Positions 27,682-32,000 of a stretch of DNA of 32,000 nucleotides are shown here, in pieces (position 1 is the stretch's first letter; every line of letters starts with the position of its first letter). This stretch comes from Acaryochloris marina MBIC11017 (lineage in GTDB: Bacteria > Cyanobacteriota > Cyanobacteriia > Thermosynechococcales > Thermosynechococcaceae): contig NC_009925.1 of the NCBI RefSeq assembly GCF_000018105.1, positions 1,260,001 to 1,292,000 of the forward strand, in the 5' to 3' direction. The notes under the pieces were generated by a model. The model was not told where the DNA came from and did not search any database. It saw only the letters and a list, made by a program, of their open reading frames with translations. The position numbers and the translations under genes are program-made.

Positions 27682-28764
27682 GAAACCACTGCCCCAAGCC
27701 GTACTCAGCCCCAATCCTCCACAGACTAATGATCTGATCGAGGAAGATGGAATCCTCTTGGGTAGTGCCTATTGGAATCCTGAAATGTTGCCCAATGGCC
27801 ATATTGTGGCGATTGGGGCGAGTGGTTCGGGCAAGACGCAAACCCTAAAAGCGATCGCCTATGCCCTTCGTCAGACTTATCCTCAAACCCAAGTCATCTT
27901 GATTGACTTTCATGGTGATCAAGATATTGAGGGTGAAACCTGTTTCCCTCTTCATATGAATAGTGATTGGGGCATCAATCTGCTGGTGTTGAATTTAGAT
28001 CCTGAAGGTGGTGGTCCCAACTTGCAGTCAATCCAAGTGGCAGCGCTGCTTAAAAAGACTTTGCGGCTAGGCCCTAATCAGGAGGGTCTAACACTGGATG
28101 TTCTAGGAGAGTGTTATCACCGTCGGGGATTCTCCAATCTGATAGTTCGACTTGGACACATGAGCCACCCAACTTTACGGATGTGCAAAGGGTCATTGAA
28201 GACCGCATTGAGGAGGGTTGCAAGGATAGTCAGAAGTTACAGCTCAAGTTGGCAGCAACCTTTACCTACGGCATTTTTAATCGAGATCAGCTTCTTTTGA
28301 GCGAGAAGCTAATTCGGGTTGACTTGTCCAAGTTGCCTCCTGAGCTAGCAGCCATTGCTGCTGAATCTTTAGCCCGTCAACTGATGAACAATCATCGGTT
28401 ACAAGGAGAGATTGAGGGCAAGTTACCTCACACCTATTTATTCATCGATGAAGCGAAAGAGATGCCCAAGGTGGTGGGTTCGGCTTGCGATCGCATTATT
28501 GCCGACGGTCGTAAGTATGGACTGGCCCTGGTATTGGCGTCTCAGTCGGAGCGTCATCTCAGCCTGGACGTGATTGGTAACTCTGCCACCAAGATTGTCT
28601 TGCCCGTAGACCAAACAGAGGCAAAGAAAGTTGCTCGAAAGTTTCGTTTTGCCGAGCAAAAGGTAGCCCAGTTAAAACCGCTCACAGCCTTGTGCCGATT
28701 TGGTACCCAGGCACAACAAGTGGAGATCACCCCTTATTTTCAGAGAATTCAGGAGGGGCGTTGA
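27668..28764 (+). pseudogene. HerA/FtsK-like (DUF87-type) P-loop ATPase, split by a frameshift (cargo gene C)
   Basis: Walker A AIGASGSGKTQT lies in the frame of 27668-28300. Walker B YLFIDEAKE and LVLASQS lie in the frame of 28111-28764. Adding one G to the GGGG run at 28125-28128 would give a continuous product of about 365 aa (..HRRGILQSDSSTW..). Confidence 0.65.
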
Positions 28765-28765
28765 T

Positions 28766-29053
28766 TTGATTACCAGATTTAGAGCCATCATCAGAAAAAG
28801 TGTTCCGGCTTGGCTGAATGTGGAGGTGAACCGATATTTTATTCAGAATTTGCGGGAGGCGTTAACGCCGCCTACACACTCCAAGTCGTTTGGCCCCCAT
28901 TGGCGCAGAATTTCTCAGGTTTATTCAGCCTTGGATCAGGCTGAAGCAGGGGCGACTTATTCTTCTTTGATTCAGCATGTTCGACAGGTGACGGGGACAG
29001 GATGTTCAAGAAGGTTGATTGCCAAATGGAAGCGAGAACGGGGATTGCGATAG
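28766..29053 (+). CDS. Small basic protein, possibly DNA-binding (cargo gene D)
   Basis: 95 aa from TTG 28766, which lies 9 nt after AGGAGG (28751-28756) and 1 nt after the gene C stop. The C-terminus is Arg/Lys-rich (SRRLIAKWKRERGLR). The start call is tentative. Confidence 0.45.
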   Translation: MITRFRAIIRKSVPAWLNVEVNRYFIQNLREALTPPTHSKSFGPHWRRISQVYSALDQAEAGATYSSLIQHVRQVTGTGCSRRLIAKWKRERGLR

Positions 29054-29958
29054 CGGTGCTATTGGTGGGGTGTGCTCAGCCCCAGATTTCAAATGAAACT
29101 ACTGAGACGATTGCTGCTGTGTCGCCCACCAGTACACCTCGACCAGCACCTCCCCAAAAGAATACTCCCCGACGATTAAAGTTGCGGTTGACCTTAGATC
29201 GGCCAGAAGATTTAAAGGTCAAGGTTGGTGATGAAGTCGTGAAGGGGCAAATTCTGAGCGAACGCTCTGCAATCCGAACCAGGCTCATGCAGAAGCGTAA
29301 TATTGTGGGCCACAAACTTAAGCAACTTCAAAGGCCAAAAATATCTTCCCTCTCTGCAGTGGAGAAAGCTGAGGTGGAGCAAGCCCGCTTCAATGTGGAA
29401 CAGGCGAGAAGTGCAATCTCAGCTTTCCATGCTGATTCTCCCTGGACAGACTATGCCCGCTCCGTGCTGCCAATTTCTGAGAATATTCCATTGGGGCAAT
29501 TGCAGAACCAGTATCTGCAAGCCAAGGGAGAGCTTGCAATCGCAATTGCCAAGCTACAGGACTCTCAGCAGAGGAATAAAGTTCTACAGCATTCTTCATC
29601 TCAAACAGGTGAGCTTACTGCCCAATTGCAGGAGATTGAGGAGAATTTAAACACTATGGGTCTGGTACATTCCCCCATCAACGGCTGGATTAAATCAATC
29701 AAATGGGTGGGACAAACCAATCGAGAGTTGCAGATTGAGATGACTGTGACTGTACGGTCTAAGCTTCAGGTCAAAGCCAATCACCCAAAAGCACATCATG
29801 GGAATGTCCACTTTTTCGAGTCAAGGTCAGTTGCAACAACAAATCAAAGTAAAGACGGGGTAAGAGAGATGAAGTGGTATCACTATTTGGCAGCCTCTGA
29901 AGCGTTTTTCCCGACCAACACAATCCTCCCATTTGGCGAATGGTGTTTCTGGGAATGA
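29026..29958 (+). CDS. Lipoprotein with HlyD-like membrane-fusion/adaptor features (cargo gene E)
   Basis: 310 aa from ATG 29026. Lipobox LLVGC. Lipoyl-type hairpin halves LKVKVGDEVVKGQILSE and VHSPINGWIKSIKW flank a long coiled-coil-like segment. Confidence 0.65.
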   Translation: MEARTGIAIAVLLVGCAQPQISNETTETIAAVSPTSTPRPAPPQKNTPRRLKLRLTLDRPEDLKVKVGDEVVKGQILSERSAIRTRLMQKRNIVGHKLKQLQRPKISSLSAVEKAEVEQARFNVEQARSAISAFHADSPWTDYARSVLPISENIPLGQLQNQYLQAKGELAIAIAKLQDSQQRNKVLQHSSSQTGELTAQLQEIEENLNTMGLVHSPINGWIKSIKWVGQTNRELQIEMTVTVRSKLQVKANHPKAHHGNVHFFESRSVATTNQSKDGVREMKWYHYLAASEAFFPTNTILPFGEWCFWE

Positions 29959-30000
29959 AATCCCTTCGCCTTCCTGCAGTTGACAGTTTATAAAGCTACT

Positions 30001-30028
30001 GTTACATTTATTTATATAAAGTTACATT
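30001..30028 (+). promoter_or_regulatory. HLR1-type direct repeats (candidate RpaB site) upstream of hli gene 1
   Basis: GTTACATT-TA-TTTATATA-AA-GTTACATT, three 8-mers in 10-bp register. A -10-like TGATAT follows at 30034-30039, then the shared leader TTACGGAGTCAAA. Confidence 0.6.
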
Positions 30029-30055
30029 AAGCATGATATTACGGAGTCAAAAATT

Positions 30056-30199
30056 ATGAATTCATCTAACAATTTCTTTGGTTTCAATCCCTTCGCTGAA
30101 GCTTGGAGTGGCCGCCTTGCCATGGTTGGCCTTTATATTGCCTTGATCATTGAACTCGTAACAGGTAAGGGGGTCTTGCACTTTTGGGGATTGATATAA
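30056..30199 (+). CDS. hli: High-light-inducible protein (HLIP, one-helix CAB family)
   Basis: 47 aa, MNSSNNFFGFNPFAEAWSGRLAMVGLYIALIIELVTGKGVLHFWGLI. It has the CAB motif E..(N/S)GR.AM.G and a GGAG RBS. It is absent from the ORF track because it is under 60 aa. Confidence 0.85.
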   Translation: MNSSNNFFGFNPFAEAWSGRLAMVGLYIALIIELVTGKGVLHFWGLI

Positions 30200-30344
30200 A
30201 TCGCTTCTAGCGTTGCCCATTTTTCAACTCTCCTATCACCTACATCCTATATGTAACAAAGCATTGATGGATAACTGCCAAACGGTGAAATCTCTTTATA
30301 AGCAGCTTCAATATTCTCAGCCGATCCAATATAAACCCTTCTTA

Positions 30345-30370
30345 AACCCAGCCAAAAGGCTGGGTTTTTT
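30345..30370 (+). terminator. Rho-independent terminator after hli gene 1
   Basis: AACCCAGCC-AAAA-GGCTGGGTT followed by TTTT. Confidence 0.8.
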
Positions 30371-30459
30371 CTTAGATCTTGCCCCTCCAATACAGCAGAG
30401 CCAATCTTTTGCCTCAACATTCAGGACAGCCTTTCTGTTAACCTACTACTTGACAAAAC

Positions 30460-30488
30460 TTTACATATTGTTTACATCAATTTACATG
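30460..30488 (+). promoter_or_regulatory. HLR1-type direct repeats (candidate RpaB site) upstream of hli gene 2
   Basis: TTTACATA (30460-30467), TTTACATC (30471-30478) and TTTACATG (30481-30488). The last two are in the canonical 10-bp register. TTGACA lies at 30450-30455, and the shared leader TTACGGAGTCAAA lies downstream. Confidence 0.65.
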
Positions 30489-30517
30489 GTTGATTTGTAT
30501 TTACGGAGTCAAACACC

Positions 30518-30676
30518 ATGAGCATCAAGAATCAAACTTGGGGTTTTAACAGCTTTGCAGAGACCTTTAGTGGTCGCTTAGCAATGTATGGATTTTTCAT
30601 CGCCTTGATCACTGAGTTATTGACTGGAAAAGGAATCATTGGACAACTAACCGCATTTTTCTTCTTTGTTAACTAG
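30518..30676 (+). CDS. hli: High-light-inducible protein (HLIP, one-helix CAB family)
   Basis: 52 aa, MSIKNQTWGFNSFAETFSGRLAMYGFFIALITELLTGKGIIGQLTAFFFFVN. Paralogue of 30056-30199. Absent from the ORF track. Confidence 0.85.
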   Translation: MSIKNQTWGFNSFAETFSGRLAMYGFFIALITELLTGKGIIGQLTAFFFFVN

Positions 30677-30737
30677 TTTCTACTTGCATCTGGCTTATCG
30701 TCCTGAATCGTCCTTAGTTATTCTTTCCTTCTTTCTT

Positions 30738-30768
30738 GACCCCAGTTGTGAGCTGGGGTCATTTGTTT
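30738..30768 (+). terminator. Rho-independent terminator after hli gene 2
   Basis: GACCCCAG...CTGGGGTC stem followed by ATTTGTTT. Confidence 0.65.
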
Positions 30769-30796
30769 CTCCTTTCATCATTGAATCCTTCCCATC

Positions 30797-31753
30797 ATGA
30801 AATCCTCAGTTCAGAGTAAAGATTCGATTACCGCTTATTTGCAGGAAATTGGCCGGTTTCCTTTGTTGAACCATGAACAAGAAATCATCTTTGGCAAACA
30901 AGTTCAGCGAATGATCATGTTGCAGGAACTCAAGCAACAGTTGCACGAACAACTCGAACGGGAGCCTAATCTGTCGGAATGGGCAGATCAAGCTGACATT
31001 CCTGTCTCTCAATTGCAGAAAGAGCTGAAGTTAGGTCAAACAGCCAATCGTAAAATGGTTGAGTCCAATTTGCGATTAGTCGTCTCTATTGCCAAGAAAT
31101 ATAACAAAGCTAAACTTGAATTCCTCGATCTAATCCAAGAAGGCACCATTGGCTTGCAACGAGGGGTGGAGAAGTTCGACCCAACCAAAGGCTATCGATT
31201 TTCCACCTATGCTTATTGGTGGATTCGCCAAGCCATGACTCGCGCCATTGCCGAACAAGAACGTACTATTCGCTTGCCAATCCATATCAATGAGAAATTA
31301 AACAAGCTGCGTAAAGTCAAACGGCAACTCTCCCTCAAACTCCATCGAGATCCGACGGTTGCAGAGTTAGCCACTGAGATGGAGCTTTCCCCTAAGAAAG
31401 TTGAAGCCTTCTTGAGTTATGCCCGTCATTCGATTTCCTTGGATGTTCAAGTGGGCGATCAGCAAAATACTGAATTATGGGAACTACTAGAAGACCCTCA
31501 TGCATCCCCAGAAGACTATGCAACAGCATCCTATTTGCAGTCAGATTTAGCCAAACTCCTAAACGTTCTCAATCCTCAACAACGGGAAGTAATTACCTTA
31601 CGATATGGCCTGATTGACCAGAACCCCTTGACCTTAGCAAAGGTGGGGGAGCGTCTTAACGTCAGTCGAGAATGGGTGCGTCGGGTTGAGCGAGAAGCAT
31701 TTCAACTGCTGCGGTCACAGAAAGTGGTCTTACAAGAGTATCTGGCTTCTTAG
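30797..31753 (+). CDS. Group-2 (RpoD-like) sigma-70 factor
   Basis: 318 aa. Region 2 has [14 protein letters not shown] and TIRLPIH. Region 4.2 has the [24 protein letters not shown]. It lacks the long region 1.1 of the primary sigma factor. Confidence 0.88.
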   Translation: MKSSVQSKDSITAYLQEIGRFPLLNHEQEIIFGKQVQRMIMLQELKQQLHEQLEREPNLSEWADQADIPVSQLQKELKLGQTANRKMVESNLRLVVSIAKKYNKAKLEFLDLIQEGTIGLQRGVEKFDPTKGYRFSTYAYWWIRQAMTRAIAEQERTIRLPIHINEKLNKLRKVKRQLSLKLHRDPTVAELATEMELSPKKVEAFLSYARHSISLDVQVGDQQNTELWELLEDPHASPEDYATASYLQSDLAKLLNVLNPQQREVITLRYGLIDQNPLTLAKVGERLNVSREWVRRVEREAFQLLRSQKVVLQEYLAS

Positions 31754-31784
31754 CCTAGAACCACTTCAATCTCCTACTACCTCT

Positions 31785-31818
31785 AAACGGCTCTTCGGTG
31801 GAAGAGCCGTTTCTCTTT
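31785..31818 (+). terminator. Rho-independent terminator after the sigma factor gene
   Basis: AAACGGCTCTTC-GGTG-GAAGAGCCGTTT, a 12-bp perfect stem, followed by CTCTTTA. Confidence 0.75.
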
Positions 31819-32000
31819 ATATACCGTTACAAAACTAATCGACCAAGGAACTTCCTGATGCTGTTACGAAGTTCCCTAATAAATATAAAAGCCAAAAATA
31901 AAGATTAAAACTTTATTTATCATCTTATTTCGCTGATTATTTATCTATAAATCTCTATTTATCTATAATTCTCTATTTTTAAGTAGGAAAACAATCATTA

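Larger units (their letters stand above)
18979..29978 (+). mobile_element. Integrative (satellite/AICE-like) genomic island inserted 3' of tRNA-Thr
   Basis: tRNA-adjacent tyrosine recombinase, excisionase-like HTH, primase-helicase, CI/S24 repressor, TA pair and cargo operon. The left end is defined by the tRNA. The right end is only approximate because I found no clean direct repeat. Confidence 0.6.

Noticed and set aside
28111-28140. Programmed ribosomal frameshift as the explanation for the split ATPase
   Set aside because: There is no slippery heptamer or obvious downstream structure at the junction. A 1-nt change in the GGGG run, by mutation or sequencing error, is the simpler explanation.
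30213-30521. 102-aa ORF between the two hli genes
   Set aside because: It runs through the hli-1 terminator hairpin and the HLR1/promoter of hli-2, and has low-complexity composition. The true genes here are the two short HLIP ORFs.
31935-31980. 18-bp tandem repeat (about 2.5 copies; TATTTATCTATAA at 31938-31950 and 31956-31968) at the window end
   Set aside because: It is too short and has no spacers, so it is not a CRISPR array. It is AT-rich slippage-type repeat and is truncated by the window edge.

Overview
This is a cyanobacterial chromosomal window. Evidence: the HIP1 octamer GCGATCGC occurs 13 times, and there is a CP43-like Pcb/IsiA antenna gene, two HLIP genes, an SLH protein and a group-2 sigma factor. 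Regions 1-6.5 kb and 10-18.9 kb hold ordinary housekeeping genes: carotenoid oxygenase, SLC12-like permease, serA, prmA, HIT, pcb/isiA-like, lpxB-related, SLH protein, hemW and a PIN/TRAM protein. Two accessory segments stand out. (i) 6.5-10.0 kb is a 1.3 kb ORF-free, very AT-rich tract followed by a lone heparinase II/III-like gene. (ii) 18.9-30.0 kb is an integrative element next to tRNA-Thr(CGU). It carries an integrase, an excisionase-like HTH, a primase-helicase, a divergent HTH+S24 (CI/LexA-type) repressor, a RelE/ParE TA pair and a rightward cargo block. The best candidate for an undescribed system is the five-gene, translationally coupled cargo operon at 25685-29958. It encodes a TM-anchored AAA+ ATPase, a DUF457/YdjM-like membrane hydrolase fusion, a HerA/FtsK-like ATPase (frameshifted here), a small basic protein and a HlyD-like lipoprotein. 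I could not match this composition to any system I know. Two copies of a 24-nt hairpin-forming mini-insert split HIP1 sites in this operon, one as an in-frame 8-codon insertion. Downstream lie two HLIP genes that the ORF track missed, each behind an HLR1-type (RpaB) repeat. All family assignments come from motifs read by eye; no searches were run.
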